Positions 9,456 through 20,354 are shown, numbered from the stretch's first letter. The stretch is DNA of 56,765 bases from Candidatus Doudnabacteria bacterium CG10_big_fil_rev_8_21_14_0_10_41_10 (GCA_002773695.1 PFAJ01000006.1:1-56765), one strand, 5' to 3'. A program made the numbers and translations. The notes: generated from the sequence alone by a model not told the origin.

Positions 9456-11180
9456 CTATTCTTTATTATAACGATAAATTTCAAAATCGCCTATAATCAA
9501 AACCCGTTCGGCTTCCGACAAATTTTTTGGCGACCAAACATCTTTTTGTAAATCAATAACGATATAATCCAACTGGTATTTATTAAACAGTGCCGGGAGC
9601 CCATCCTCTAAATATTTTTGGTAATCCGACACAGCTTTTGTATACTCCTCTTCAGGAAAACAAGTACGGCAGCCATAAATTCTCCTTATAGAGAATCCCC
9701 CAAGCAGATCGGCCACTCTATTGGGATTGTCGCGGAAAAACTGTTCCGCGTTTTTTTCAGACACCCCTTCTAACATTACCTCCAAATAATGCATGTCGGC
9801 TAATCGCTCTTGTGGAGTGTTGGATAAAAACATAAAACTGGAAAAATAAGCGTTGTTATGGGTAAACGCTGTAATATTGTCGCCTTCATCCCTGTCAGCA
9901 ACCAAAACGACGGAATCTGTTGCTGTATTATCATTTAACCAGTCATAAACCACTCCATACCTCTGCCTTGCTTTATAATATTCCCCATAATGCGCGTAGG
10001 ATTTCTGTTGTTTTATAACGCCCGATGTGAATAAAAATCCAACCAAAATAATAACAATACCGAGTTTCAAAATTTTTCTCGATTCTAATTTGAAAATTTT
10101 GAAAAAAGCCATCAATCCAATCAACCCAAAAACCGGAGCAATAAAATACCAATGAAAATGCGCTGGGGTTAATTCTTGCCCGGTAAATACCTGCTGGTTG
10201 ACTGCGAAAAAACCACCCAACATTAAACTTGCAAACCAGATTTGTTTTTGTCGATCTTTAAACCACACTAAAATCGAGGCCGCCAATCCAACAATCGCGC
10301 TCCAGTTCATAAAAAAATTACGGCTCGAAAACATCCCTACGTGCAAACCCAGTTGCTCCCGGTTGGGAATACTGAAAAAAGCAAAGACATTAAATAGATA
10401 AGGGATGGCCACTAATAAAGCGGTTATATGCAACAAAACCAATTTCTTAAAATTTGTAAACGATTTCGTAAACAACCAGTACAGTCCCAAAAAACCATTC
10501 CCCGCTAAAACAAATGTCCAGGTATAAAAATAAATATAAACGCTAAACCCTAAAACAATCCCAGTGGAGTACAAAAATATATTGCGTTTTGTTTTTAACC
10601 ATTCCCAAAAAAGCGAAGCATACCCAAAGAAAAACAGCATTCCCATTTGTGGCGAGACGGGACGGGAAAAGACCACCGGGCTGGTATTGGGGAACTGAAA
10701 CTGTAAAAAGTTTAAAACCCCTTTAGGATTTTGCAATAAATCTATCCCGAAAAATATCAAAACCGCGCCCAACAACCCTTGGGCACGGGAACGAGTAAAA
10801 CGATAGATGAAAGTGTACACCGACAAAAACAACAAAAACGGCAACACTACTCTAGTAGCGAAAAATATCCGAAAAGCAACGTCACTAGAAAACGATAGAT
10901 AACCAAGCCCCGCTAAAATTATTTCTGGCAAAGGTGGTTGGATGTATGGCAAATTTTTGTACTCTGCCAAAAAAGCATTACTTGTTTTAAGGTTTCCATC
11001 ATATATATCATGAATTCTGCCGGCGTAGTATAACTCACTATCACTTCCTCCATAGTAAATGCCCTGGTAATCGGCCCCCGAATCATTCTTCAACCAAAAC
11101 TGGGGCAAATAGATCATTACTACTGCCGCTGCGGCAAATAGTATGGCGATATAGTGTTTTGTTAAAACCCCGGCCATCAA
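9456..11180 (-). CDS. Multi-pass membrane protein, probable GT-C glycosyltransferase
   Basis: About 12 TM plus soluble C-terminal domain; DSELYY loop; glycan-cluster context. Confidence 0.65.
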   Translation of the reverse strand: MMAGVLTKHYIAILFAAAAVVMIYLPQFWLKNDSGADYQGIYYGGSDSELYYAGRIHDIYDGNLKTSNAFLAEYKNLPYIQPPLPEIILAGLGYLSFSSDVAFRIFFATRVVLPFLLFLSVYTFIYRFTRSRAQGLLGAVLIFFGIDLLQNPKGVLNFLQFQFPNTSPVVFSRPVSPQMGMLFFFGYASLFWEWLKTKRNIFLYSTGIVLGFSVYIYFYTWTFVLAGNGFLGLYWLFTKSFTNFKKLVLLHITALLVAIPYLFNVFAFFSIPNREQLGLHVGMFSSRNFFMNWSAIVGLAASILVWFKDRQKQIWFASLMLGGFFAVNQQVFTGQELTPAHFHWYFIAPVFGLIGLMAFFKIFKLESRKILKLGIVIILVGFLFTSGVIKQQKSYAHYGEYYKARQRYGVVYDWLNDNTATDSVVLVADRDEGDNITAFTHNNAYFSSFMFLSNTPQERLADMHYLEVMLEGVSEKNAEQFFRDNPNRVADLLGGFSIRRIYGCRTCFPEEEYTKAVSDYQKYLEDGLPALFNKYQLDYIVIDLQKDVWSPKNLSEAERVLIIGDFEIYRYNKE

Positions 11181-12334
11181 CGATTCAATTTAGAATTTAA
11201 AAAACTCAAAATCTTTTTAGCGCGGGCTTGCCAGCTATACTTTTGAACTTCTTGAAAGGCGTTACTGACAATCCTTTCTGTTGGCACCTCTTCTGCTAAA
11301 ACCGCCTTTATTTTTTTTGACAAATCCAATGGATCATCCGGTGTAAAAAATATAGCCGTAGATTTATCCAAAACATCTAACAAGCTAGGAATTTTGGAAG
11401 CTATTACAGGACGACGAGATGCCATATACTCAAAAAGTTTTAGCGGGGATGTATAATATTTACTAATATCTTTTTTTGCGGAATTCGGCAAAACAAAAAC
11501 ATCAGCTGATGCTAGATATAGTGGGACCTCTGATGGCGAGACGCGTCCTAATAATTTAATTTTTTTTAATCGAAACTTTTCTAAAAACTCCTTAAATTTC
11601 GAAGTATCTTTATCTGTCCCTCCAATAATATATACTGTTGCGTTATCATCTAAATACTCTGCGGCATGCGCTAGGGTGTGAACACCTTTCCAATCGTATA
11701 AATGTCCCATGTACAAAACAATTTTTTTGTTTCCGGGCATACCAAGAGCCTGTCGCGCTTTTTGTTTGGTAATCAAAACGCCAAATTTTTCCATATCAAC
11801 ACCGTCATGTGCCACTATAATTTTGTCTTCTAACAGATATTTTTCCAATTGCTTGGCCAAATTTCCATTTATAGCCACAACCCCACGGGATTTTTCAAAA
11901 ACCTTCAACAATAACTTGCCAGGGTTTATTTTGGTAGTATGAATTTCGTAAAAATATCGATATTTAGCCTGAATCACAGGAACTAAAGGATAAGTGTCTC
12001 GACTGTAAAATATAGCGTCTTTATAGTCGCCTCTCCGCAACTCTTGCTTGATTGAATTTGCAAACGTTTTTGACTGGATATAAAAACCGACGCCTGGTAA
12101 AAAATTTAACTTACCGATCATATCAAGACAAAAAAACTTTCGCACTCTAAACCTTTTTTTCACTTCGTAGAATTCAAATATATCCTTTTCTTCAAAATCG
12201 GGATTATTTCTTCTAGGAAGCCACAATTCCAAATCGACACCTTGCCCCACCAAGGCTTCACAGGTTTTCATAATTTGAATCCCATGAGCTTTTTCAGTTG
12301 GAATACGTGCGTTGGCAATATAAATCAATTTCAT
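11177..12334 (-). CDS. GT4 glycosyltransferase
   Basis: GT-B motifs: KG, SPLKLFEYMAS.RPVIAS. Confidence 0.9.
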   Translation of the reverse strand: MKLIYIANARIPTEKAHGIQIMKTCEALVGQGVDLELWLPRRNNPDFEEKDIFEFYEVKKRFRVRKFFCLDMIGKLNFLPGVGFYIQSKTFANSIKQELRRGDYKDAIFYSRDTYPLVPVIQAKYRYFYEIHTTKINPGKLLLKVFEKSRGVVAINGNLAKQLEKYLLEDKIIVAHDGVDMEKFGVLITKQKARQALGMPGNKKIVLYMGHLYDWKGVHTLAHAAEYLDDNATVYIIGGTDKDTSKFKEFLEKFRLKKIKLLGRVSPSEVPLYLASADVFVLPNSAKKDISKYYTSPLKLFEYMASRRPVIASKIPSLLDVLDKSTAIFFTPDDPLDLSKKIKAVLAEEVPTERIVSNAFQEVQKYSWQARAKKILSFLNSKLNR

Positions 12335-13965
12335 CGTAGTTTATAAATAAAAATTTTTGGACCCAAATTTTGAATGGCGAAAATATCAGTTATTGGAGCC
12401 TCCAGATTGCCGTTTATATCTACTGCCTTTTCTTTATTAAAACTTTTTACTATTTCTGACCCCTCACTTATTGCAGAAACTGCCACAGGAATTTGATCCT
12501 CATTAAAATACTCTACGACCAAGTAATCATAATTATTTGCCGCTCCCTTTTCTTGATCAATCCCAAACCCGACCACAGACAAGTCATTAAAATTCAAAAC
12601 ATTATACGCAGGCACTGGATATCGATTAAAAGAAATATTTTCTAAAACTTGATGTTTTGTTCTTATCGCCTCCGGAAAATTATTTTTTAAAATCTCTATT
12701 GCCTCTGGATTTGGAGTTAACTCTAAGGTCCGAGTATATATCGCTATAGAAGAATCAGCGGGAATATTTTCTTCAATCCACTCCTTTGCCTGCTCCCGGG
12801 AATCAGGTTTCGTGAGTAAATAATCATAATAAATGCTGACTGAAAACGACAAAAGCAAAATAAATATCACAACTACTTTTTGCAAATGATTGCTGAAAGG
12901 AATTTCCCAAAGCTGAAGCATAGTAAGCCCTCCTAAAACCGCAAACCATGGAACCAGTAGCAAATTATACCGGGGTTCGAAATGGAAAAAGAAATATAAG
13001 ATAATCCAATAAATTAATGGAAAACTAACAAACAAAGCAAAAAGCCTCTTTTGAGTTATTCCAAGAATTATTAGACCCAAAACTCCAGCGACAACCAAAA
13101 CCGGCTCATGCTGGAAAAATGAAAAAAAACTTGTTCCGACAGCGGTTAACATTCCCAAAAAACTTTTCGGATTTGTAAATGTTGAATCTTCGCCAAACAC
13201 AATGCGATGGAATTCGGGATAATTTAACAATGTAAATATTGCTCCGATAAAAGTAAACAACAAATTAAATATCCAAATTTTAGCGCCGATAAATTTCTCC
13301 TTCAAAGAACTTTGTTTGTTTAAAAAATGCGCGAGTAAAAACACCACTACCCCAATACCTGTTATATAACTTGCTCCAAATGCGATACCAGAAACAGCCC
13401 CCGCCCACAAATAAGTTGCCCTTTCTGGTTTAAAATATACAAGCACCGCGGCCGCAATAATAAGATAAGTAAAAAATCCGGCAGGCGCCCAATGGCGAGC
13501 AAAATGAGAAAGCTGGACAGAAAAAAAACTCCCTGCCACAAACACCGAAGCAAACAGACCTAATTTTTTCCCAAAAACCCTATTGCCGATAGTATATGTA
13601 AGATAAACAGTCAAAGTCCCCAAAACCGCCGTAACTACTCTGCTAACCATCCAAACCGGGGTCGGATTTAAAACAATCGTCTCTTTTAATAAATTAAAAT
13701 CTGTTCCGCTGAAAATAAATTTTAAAAATAAAACTGGGACAATAAAAATCAAATATAAATACGACATCAAAGGTGGGTAGTAAAGCAAACGAAAATCTTC
13801 TGGATGAAAAGCGGGCACCAAAATGCGCAACTCAAGCATTTTCAGAGAAGCGCCAGTAATACTTACCTCGTCAGATACCAAAAACATCGGCAAACCGTAA
13901 TCGATACCGATTATTCGGAGAATAAAGGCGGCTACTATAATAATAAATAATATTTTTTTCATCAA
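12331..13965 (-). CDS. GT-C fold glycosyltransferase (GT39/PMT-like)
   Basis: LR...YGLP...DE, YPP, PRY motifs; multi-TM. Confidence 0.8.
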   Translation of the reverse strand: MMKKILFIIIVAAFILRIIGIDYGLPMFLVSDEVSITGASLKMLELRILVPAFHPEDFRLLYYPPLMSYLYLIFIVPVLFLKFIFSGTDFNLLKETIVLNPTPVWMVSRVVTAVLGTLTVYLTYTIGNRVFGKKLGLFASVFVAGSFFSVQLSHFARHWAPAGFFTYLIIAAAVLVYFKPERATYLWAGAVSGIAFGASYITGIGVVVFLLAHFLNKQSSLKEKFIGAKIWIFNLLFTFIGAIFTLLNYPEFHRIVFGEDSTFTNPKSFLGMLTAVGTSFFSFFQHEPVLVVAGVLGLIILGITQKRLFALFVSFPLIYWIILYFFFHFEPRYNLLLVPWFAVLGGLTMLQLWEIPFSNHLQKVVVIFILLLSFSVSIYYDYLLTKPDSREQAKEWIEENIPADSSIAIYTRTLELTPNPEAIEILKNNFPEAIRTKHQVLENISFNRYPVPAYNVLNFNDLSVVGFGIDQEKGAANNYDYLVVEYFNEDQIPVAVSAISEGSEIVKSFNKEKAVDINGNLEAPITDIFAIQNLGPKIFIYKLR

Positions 13966-13991
13966 AAAATTTAAATTCGTAAATTAAAATT

Positions 13992-14981
13992 TTAAATTTT
14001 CACTCCTGTCCCTCTCCAACTATTTTTATTCCTCCAAGTAATAACCACCTCGGAAAGCCTTGCTTCGTCAAACCATGTCTGAAATTCATCACGGGGGATA
14101 TAAAAAGCGGTTGGGGCGACTAAATGATCAAAAACTATAGAATAATTTTCCTGGAAAGAATAACCTGAAATTGAATATAAATAATCATTATAAAACAAAA
14201 ATTTTTTCAGCGGGTTAACATATTTATTTATCGGCCGATAAATAACTTTTAGCGCCAATTGCAATGGCGCAGTAATTATAAAAGCTATAAATTTTGTTAT
14301 AATCTTTGGTAACTTGGAAGTAATACCAATTCGAATCGGGTTGATTATTTTTTCAATCCACCAGTTGCCTTCACGTCCGTACACCCAAGCGGAAATACTG
14401 CCACCCGGCTTTAAATGGCTCGTAAGTGTCAAAAAACCCCGTTTTGGGTCCGGTAGGTGATGTAACACTCCGATGCTGTATATATAGTCAAAAACTTGCT
14501 TAAAAGGCAAATTATAAATATCGGCCTGGATCAAATGTACATTTGAAAACTTACGAGTATTTAAAAAAGCGACATCAATAGCTTCCGATAAATCTATTCC
14601 TATCACATCCCTGGCTCCAAACTCCGCTGCTAAATAAACATGCCTCCCTTTGCCACATCCGCCATCTAACACCACTTTGTCTTTAAAAAAATCGCTGGTT
14701 ATTGGTTTGATCCAGCTTAAAAACTGATCCCTGTATTTATCTGTTAAATGAGTAAATTTTCTCCATTCATACCCAAATGCCTCCGCCGTCTGTTTTTTAT
14801 CTTCCGACAAACTGGCAGGCAACATCCTTAACACTCCTCCACGTATCGAAAAATTGTCACCGCAAGGTTCGCAACAGACACTACCTTCCATTATTTCCGC
14901 GCCATCTTGTTTATAAACTTTCAGTTCAAATTTTCCATCGCACTTTTTACAAGTCAAATATTCTAGTAATTTTGATTTCAT
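13992..14981 (-). CDS. SAM-dependent methyltransferase with N-terminal Trm112-like Zn domain
   Basis: CKKC...CEPC N-terminus; LDGGCGKG; GVLHH; LKPGG. Confidence 0.85.
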   Translation of the reverse strand: MKSKLLEYLTCKKCDGKFELKVYKQDGAEIMEGSVCCEPCGDNFSIRGGVLRMLPASLSEDKKQTAEAFGYEWRKFTHLTDKYRDQFLSWIKPITSDFFKDKVVLDGGCGKGRHVYLAAEFGARDVIGIDLSEAIDVAFLNTRKFSNVHLIQADIYNLPFKQVFDYIYSIGVLHHLPDPKRGFLTLTSHLKPGGSISAWVYGREGNWWIEKIINPIRIGITSKLPKIITKFIAFIITAPLQLALKVIYRPINKYVNPLKKFLFYNDYLYSISGYSFQENYSIVFDHLVAPTAFYIPRDEFQTWFDEARLSEVVITWRNKNSWRGTGVKI

Positions 14982-14982
14982 T

Positions 14983-16974
14983 TTACAACCACTTTTCCTT
15001 CCACATTTGGAAAACCATTAATGTCCAAAGAGCCTTGCGATTATCTTTCTTTCTTGCTGTATGTTCACTTACCAGTTTTTGAACATAGTTGGAGTTAAAG
15101 TATCCTTCTCTTTTAATTCTATCTGAGTTTAGGAGTTCATGCAAAAGTGGGTTTAGCGAACCGACAAGCCAATTTGCCATTGGGATGCCGAAACCTTTCT
15201 TTTTGCGGTTTACTATCTCTCGTGGAAGATATTTACCCATAACTTGTTTTAAAAGATATTTAGTAGTGAGACCGCGCATTTTGTATTTAACCGGTAAAGA
15301 ATTGATAAATTCCGCCAGCTCAACCGCTAAAAACGGGGCCCTGGTTTCCAGTGACACCATCATTGACGCCCGGTCGGATTTGGTCAGAATATTATCCTGC
15401 AAATACAATTTTAAATAAAGATAAATAATTTTGTTAAAACTGGAAGCATTTGGAACCTCATTGAGATAGCGCGCGATGTCGGAGAAGACGGGTATAAAAA
15501 AATTATCGTTCGAGCTTGTCGAGAAACTCTTTCTCGACTCCGCTTCTCTTTGCTCGAAGAATAATTGTTTGCATAGTTCTTCATTCAAAAGCCCTCCCTG
15601 CTCATGCGGGGCAAAAGAGTTAATCCAAACAAAATCACGATAAAGATTTGGATATCGCTTGCTTAAAGCAACTCTTTTCAATCCATACTCCCAGGTAATA
15701 TTATTAAAAGATGTTGGTAATGCATCTACCAAAGACTTCGGGATTAAATCTAGTAACCATAAAAACTTTCTTACCTGCATTGTCGGATACCCTCCCAGCA
15801 ACTCATCCGAACCATCACCGTCAAGCGCTACTGTAACTTTTTTCCGAGTGAATTTGGACAACAGATAAGTAGGTAGCATTGAAGCATCTGAAAATGGTTC
15901 GTCCAGTTTATCAAAAACTTCGGGGATCACCCCTTGTGTGTCTTTGCTTGAAAATATGTGCTCCGTGTGTTCCGTCCCTAAAATACCGGCGACTTTTTTT
16001 GCGTACGTAGATTCGTCAAAAGATTTGTCCTCAAACCCAATAGAAAAAGTTTTTACTTTCCGGGCACTGTTTTTTTGCGCAAAATACGCAATCGTTGAAG
16101 AATCCAGCCCTCCCGAAAGAAATACTCCCAAAGGAACATCGGAAACCAAGCGAGATTTTACCGCGCGCTCAAGTATGTGTTCGAGCTGAGCAGAAGCATT
16201 GGCAAGGGAAATATCAGATTCTTTGAAGGACATGCTCCAATATTTTGAAATTGTCCAGCCGTGTGATTCGCCGTCTGCCTCTCCCGGCCTCCGGCCACCC
16301 TCCCCGACTTCGGGGAGGGGTTGGGGGAGAGGCTTGGAACTTTGCCGATAAGCTACGGGATATTCCAAATAACTTGCCGGCTCCAGTTTATAAATCCCTT
16401 TAAAGATAGATAAAGGCGCGGGAACATAATCAAAAGTTAAATATTTTGAAAATGCCTCAAAATCCAGCTCTTTTTTTACAGCGGGGTGAGAAAGTATCGC
16501 CTTCAGCTCCGATCCAAAAATAAACACCCCATCAAAAGTTCCATAGTACAGAGGCTTTTCCCCAAACCGGTCTCGAGCCAGAATCAACTGATTATTTTTT
16601 TCATCCCAAACAGCCAATCCAAACATCCCGTCGAGTTTGTTAAAAACTTCGACCCCCCACTGCTCGTATCCGCGAATGATTACTTCGGTATCAGAATCGC
16701 TAGAAAAAGTTTGCCCCAATTTTGCAAGCTCAATTTTTAACTGGTGGTAATTGTAAATTTCACCATTGAAAACAATCGCAGACATTTTATCACCAGAAAA
16801 CATCGGCTGCTTCCCGCCCGCAAGATCAATAATCCGCAACCGACGCATACCAAGGGATACCCGGTTATTAACAAAATAACCTTCTTCATCCGGACCCCGA
16901 TGAACAAGGCTACGCGTCATTTTTTTTACAATGTTTTCGTTGGGCTTTCCAACAAAACCGGCAATTCCACACAT
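14983..16974 (-). CDS. asnB: Asparagine synthase (glutamine-hydrolysing)-like amidotransferase
   Basis: MCGIAG N-terminal nucleophile, HRGPD, NGEIYN, RDRFGEKP, LSGGLDSS, KKGF. Confidence 0.93.
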   Translation of the reverse strand: MCGIAGFVGKPNENIVKKMTRSLVHRGPDEEGYFVNNRVSLGMRRLRIIDLAGGKQPMFSGDKMSAIVFNGEIYNYHQLKIELAKLGQTFSSDSDTEVIIRGYEQWGVEVFNKLDGMFGLAVWDEKNNQLILARDRFGEKPLYYGTFDGVFIFGSELKAILSHPAVKKELDFEAFSKYLTFDYVPAPLSIFKGIYKLEPASYLEYPVAYRQSSKPLPQPLPEVGEGGRRPGEADGESHGWTISKYWSMSFKESDISLANASAQLEHILERAVKSRLVSDVPLGVFLSGGLDSSTIAYFAQKNSARKVKTFSIGFEDKSFDESTYAKKVAGILGTEHTEHIFSSKDTQGVIPEVFDKLDEPFSDASMLPTYLLSKFTRKKVTVALDGDGSDELLGGYPTMQVRKFLWLLDLIPKSLVDALPTSFNNITWEYGLKRVALSKRYPNLYRDFVWINSFAPHEQGGLLNEELCKQLFFEQREAESRKSFSTSSNDNFFIPVFSDIARYLNEVPNASSFNKIIYLYLKLYLQDNILTKSDRASMMVSLETRAPFLAVELAEFINSLPVKYKMRGLTTKYLLKQVMGKYLPREIVNRKKKGFGIPMANWLVGSLNPLLHELLNSDRIKREGYFNSNYVQKLVSEHTARKKDNRKALWTLMVFQMWKEKWL
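15501..15566. repeat. 66-bp palindromic element in frame within asnB
   Basis: AATTATCGTTCGAGC...GCTCGAAGAATAATT with inner GTCGAGAAA/TTTCTCGAC; related to the MITE core and to 31326-31410. Confidence 0.8.
16277..16333. repeat. 57-bp GC-rich palindromic element in frame within asnB
   Basis: GCCTCTCCC...GGGAGAGGC with inner CCCTCCCCGA/TCGGGGAGGG hairpin; encodes PLPQPLPEVGEGGRRPGEA. Confidence 0.8.
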
Positions 16975-17000
16975 AATACAGTAATTATAGCTGATTTAAT

Positions 17001-17028
17001 AAAAAAAGGCAGTCCTTGATGACTGCCC
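17001..17028 (-). terminator. Rho-independent terminator
   Basis: GGCAGTC-loop-GACTGCC followed by a T run on the minus strand, downstream of the 17078 gene. Confidence 0.7.
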
Positions 17029-17077
17029 ATTTGAAACATAATATATTACGTAATTTCAGTCCTTGGCTGATATGCTA

Positions 17078-17791
17078 TTATAATCCTTTTGTGTGTACTT
17101 CAGCCGAACTTGTTACTTTAACCGGCGGAGTGGTTTTTACGCGGATTAAAGACTTTTTAAAAAATTTAATCGGTGGCGCCGATAATCGAAAAACTATTAC
17201 CAAGATACCTAAAATAGACGCGATTAAACTTGGGGGGAGGAGCAAAGATTCCGACACTCCTTCAAACCATGCCGACCATAGCGGTCCGTCAAGTAAAATA
17301 GCGCGAGGGATAAATACTATATAAATCAAATACCCTAATCGTAAAGAATTTCTCCAAAGTTTTGGGCTGATCAATACTGGCACTTTCTCGTGAGAAATTA
17401 CCGTCATAAAAGTCAAAATCAACATTGCTATTGCTCCGAGTTGTTGGTCTTGGGTTATTATCCCTTTCAAAACCGGGTTTACAAAATTTTCTTGCGGATG
17501 GAGGGCTGCCAATAAAGAAACGTGAAGCATGGCATACCAATATCCAACTAATCCAAAATATTTTCTATAGGCGAGTTTTGTGTCAAGGAAATCCGTGTAA
17601 AAAGTAAATGTCCCAAACGCGAATGAAATCGCGATCATTACAGCGGAGATTCCCGCCAGCGCATTTATAAAACTTCCAAAATTGTAAAATCCTTGCCAGA
17701 AGTAATAATAAATCGACCACAAGGTCAAAAACCCCAGGCTCCAATAAAAACTATTTTTCCAAAACCTTATTTTTATTTCTTTAGGAAGCAT
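17078..17791 (-). CDS. Ferric-reductase-like transmembrane protein (MsrQ-like)
   Basis: RKYFGL..F/Y....H, S......S.K.W...LR..Y pattern; start moved to ATG 17791, which follows TGGTATAAT. Confidence 0.7.
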   Translation of the reverse strand: MLPKEIKIRFWKNSFYWSLGFLTLWSIYYYFWQGFYNFGSFINALAGISAVMIAISFAFGTFTFYTDFLDTKLAYRKYFGLVGYWYAMLHVSLLAALHPQENFVNPVLKGIITQDQQLGAIAMLILTFMTVISHEKVPVLISPKLWRNSLRLGYLIYIVFIPRAILLDGPLWSAWFEGVSESLLLPPSLIASILGILVIVFRLSAPPIKFFKKSLIRVKTTPPVKVTSSAEVHTKGL

Positions 17792-17830
17792 GCCTATCCC
17801 ATTATACCACACTCAAATATATTCAGGGAG

Positions 17831-18781
17831 TTAAAAATTTATTTTTTCTTTTATTTCGTAAGTTCGTTTCTTTTGTGACTCATGATAAGTCCGTACCAAA
17901 ATCTCTGCGAGCAAGCCCATTAAAATAAACAGTACTCCAACAATTATAAATAACGCCATAATCATTGGTAGTGGCGTAGAAATAAAATCTTTTTGATGAA
18001 CAGTTGAAAATTTATAATAAATCGATGCCATTGCGGCAATACAACCGATAAAAATTGAAACCAACCCTGCGCCGCCAAAAAAATGCATTGGTCTATGAAA
18101 ATATCTAGTTAGAAACTTTAAAGCGATTAAATCCAGAATAACTTTAAATACGCGGTTTACTCCATAATTCGATTTCCCGAACTTCCTGGGAGTGTAACCT
18201 ATCGGCATTTCAAAAATTTTAGCGCCGTGCCACGAAAGATACGCTGCGATAAACCGATGCATATCTCCATAAAGCCGAATACCTTTTAACACAGAGACAC
18301 GATACACCTTTAAGGTGCTGCCATGATCATGGAGGCGAATCCCCGAAATAAAAGATATCAGCCGACTTGCCACGTCCGAAGGAATCCGTCTTGTAAAAGT
18401 TTGATTTTGCCAGCGGTTTATACGCCAGCCCGCCACAATGTCATATCCTTCATTTAACTTCGCGATCATTTTTGGAATGTCTTCCGGATGATTTTCCAAA
18501 TCGGAGTCAATCGGAACTATCACTTCACCACTGGCATGCTCGATGCCGGCGGCTAGTGCCGAGGTTTGCCCAAAATTTCTAGTAAAACTGATTATTTTTA
18601 CTTTTGGGTCTTCTTTGGTTAGATTGTTAAGAACTTCACGACTTTTATCACATGAACCGTCGTTAATAAAAATCACCTCGTAGTCATAATTTTGAGACGA
18701 CAAAACCTCCCGAAGGCGATGCGCCAATTCTGGTAAAGATTCTGCTTCATTAAAAACCGGAACAATAATCGTAGCTTTCAT
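17831..18781 (-). CDS. GT2 polyprenol-phosphate glycosyltransferase (ArnC-like)
   Basis: IVPVFNE, NDGS.D, NFGQT, DSDLEN.P, HRFI; two TM helices; start set at MKAT. Confidence 0.9.
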   Translation of the reverse strand: MKATIIVPVFNEAESLPELAHRLREVLSSQNYDYEVIFINDGSCDKSREVLNNLTKEDPKVKIISFTRNFGQTSALAAGIEHASGEVIVPIDSDLENHPEDIPKMIAKLNEGYDIVAGWRINRWQNQTFTRRIPSDVASRLISFISGIRLHDHGSTLKVYRVSVLKGIRLYGDMHRFIAAYLSWHGAKIFEMPIGYTPRKFGKSNYGVNRVFKVILDLIALKFLTRYFHRPMHFFGGAGLVSIFIGCIAAMASIYYKFSTVHQKDFISTPLPMIMALFIIVGVLFILMGLLAEILVRTYHESQKKRTYEIKEKINF

Positions 18782-18889
18782 GCAATTACTGCCTATTTTA
18801 TCAGAAATCGCGCAAAAAATCAATTTGTATTTTGGTTGCCCTTAGGGCACGGCTGTGATATCCTTTTTAAGTAATAATAAACATTTTTT

Positions 18890-19711
18890 ATGAAAGCAGT
18901 TATTGTCTGCCATCTAGAAAACGACCTTCGAAATAATTTTGGTGAAGCAAAAAAAATTCCTCTCGAAAAACAGACATTTGAACATGTCCCGAAACTTTTG
19001 AATTGGATAGGAACTTTAAAAATCCCGATTACAGTTTCTGTAATGGCAGGTGGTCAGGTGGGCAACCGACTACTTTTAGCACTGAAAGAAAAAAATGTTA
19101 AAATTCCAAACAACATCAACTTAGGGATTCATTTTCACGCAGAAAACTTTACCAATTCAAAATGGCAATACGAAAAACCATTAGAGCTCCCGGCCTATGA
19201 AAACTATTACAACCAATTTGTCCAAAGTCTTTCAATAAAACCGAAAACAGTGGTCTTTGGAAAATGGAAAGTCGACCGACAAGCTTACCCGCTTTTCGCG
19301 AAACTAGGCATTACTCATGACGCTTCAAATATTTTACCTCGGGGAATTATCAATCCCCCGGCTAACATAAACGGCTTAATTACAGTCCCAGGACTAAGCT
19401 ATAACGGCCAACCGGTAAACCCTCTGACACGACTCAGCGATTTTTTACTGACTAAAAAAATAATCTCGCGGTATCATAACAAAAACTTGCTTTTACACCT
19501 TGCTTTCCACTCCTATGATTTTTTTTCACCCCAAAACCCCACACACTGGCGCGGAATTAAAAAAATAATCTTTACAGACATTCTTTCACAACTGAAAAAG
19601 CATAATGTAGAGATTGTAAATTTGGAAAATGTGAATTCAGGAAAAAACGAAACTTTAGAAAAAATGCCTGTTCCTTTGCTAGGACGTCTTTTCCAACTAA
19701 TCGGCCACTAA
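18890..19711 (+). CDS. Polysaccharide-deacetylase-like hypothetical protein
   Basis: H.E.D N-terminus, LGIHFH and FHSYD motifs. Confidence 0.55.
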   Translation: MKAVIVCHLENDLRNNFGEAKKIPLEKQTFEHVPKLLNWIGTLKIPITVSVMAGGQVGNRLLLALKEKNVKIPNNINLGIHFHAENFTNSKWQYEKPLELPAYENYYNQFVQSLSIKPKTVVFGKWKVDRQAYPLFAKLGITHDASNILPRGIINPPANINGLITVPGLSYNGQPVNPLTRLSDFLLTKKIISRYHNKNLLLHLAFHSYDFFSPQNPTHWRGIKKIIFTDILSQLKKHNVEIVNLENVNSGKNETLEKMPVPLLGRLFQLIGH

Positions 19712-19717
19712 AATACT

Positions 19718-20308
19718 ATGAAATCCCAAAATAAATTTTTTGAAAAAAAACTGAAACTTCTTTCTGAACGGGGAAAAATTTTGGATGTGGGAAGCGGTAA
19801 ACCTTGGCAAAAAGAAATGGCTCAGTATAAGGATTGGTTCAAAAATACAACTTATGAAACTCTGGATACTGACCCGCAATCGCAAGCAACGCATATCGCC
19901 GATGTTCAAAAAATACCTTTGCCGGACGAGTCTTACGACGCTATAATCTGCAAGGCCGTTTTACAGCATGTTCCCTTCCCTTATAATGCCATACAACAAA
20001 TGCATCGGGTTTTAAAACCCGGAGGTTTACTGCTTGTCTATGTCCCTTTCATCTATCCTTACCATGCCAAAAAAAATCTTTACAAAGACTATTGGCGGTT
20101 TTCGAAAGATGGGATTGAAAGATTGTTCAGGGATTTTCAAGGCTTGGAGATTTCTCCGGTTGATGGATATTTCACCACTATGTTAAATTTTTTTCCAGTT
20201 TCAATTTTACGAAAAACTTTTAAGCCAATTACAATACTTGTTGATAAACTTTTTCAAACAAAAAAACGCTCAAGCGTTTCGGGTTACTACATATTTGCAA
20301 AAAAATAA
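19718..20308 (+). CDS. Class I SAM-dependent methyltransferase
   Basis: LDVGSG, VLQH, RVLKPGG, PYH...DYWRF. Confidence 0.9.
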   Translation: MKSQNKFFEKKLKLLSERGKILDVGSGKPWQKEMAQYKDWFKNTTYETLDTDPQSQATHIADVQKIPLPDESYDAIICKAVLQHVPFPYNAIQQMHRVLKPGGLLLVYVPFIYPYHAKKNLYKDYWRFSKDGIERLFRDFQGLEISPVDGYFTTMLNFFPVSILRKTFKPITILVDKLFQTKKRSSVSGYYIFAKK

Positions 20309-20354
20309 CGATCCCTGCGTCAAGTCGCAAGGGTATTCTACCAGAAATAATAAT

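Noticed and set aside
9456..11180. STT3/AglB N-oligosaccharyltransferase
   Set aside because: No WWDYG motif found
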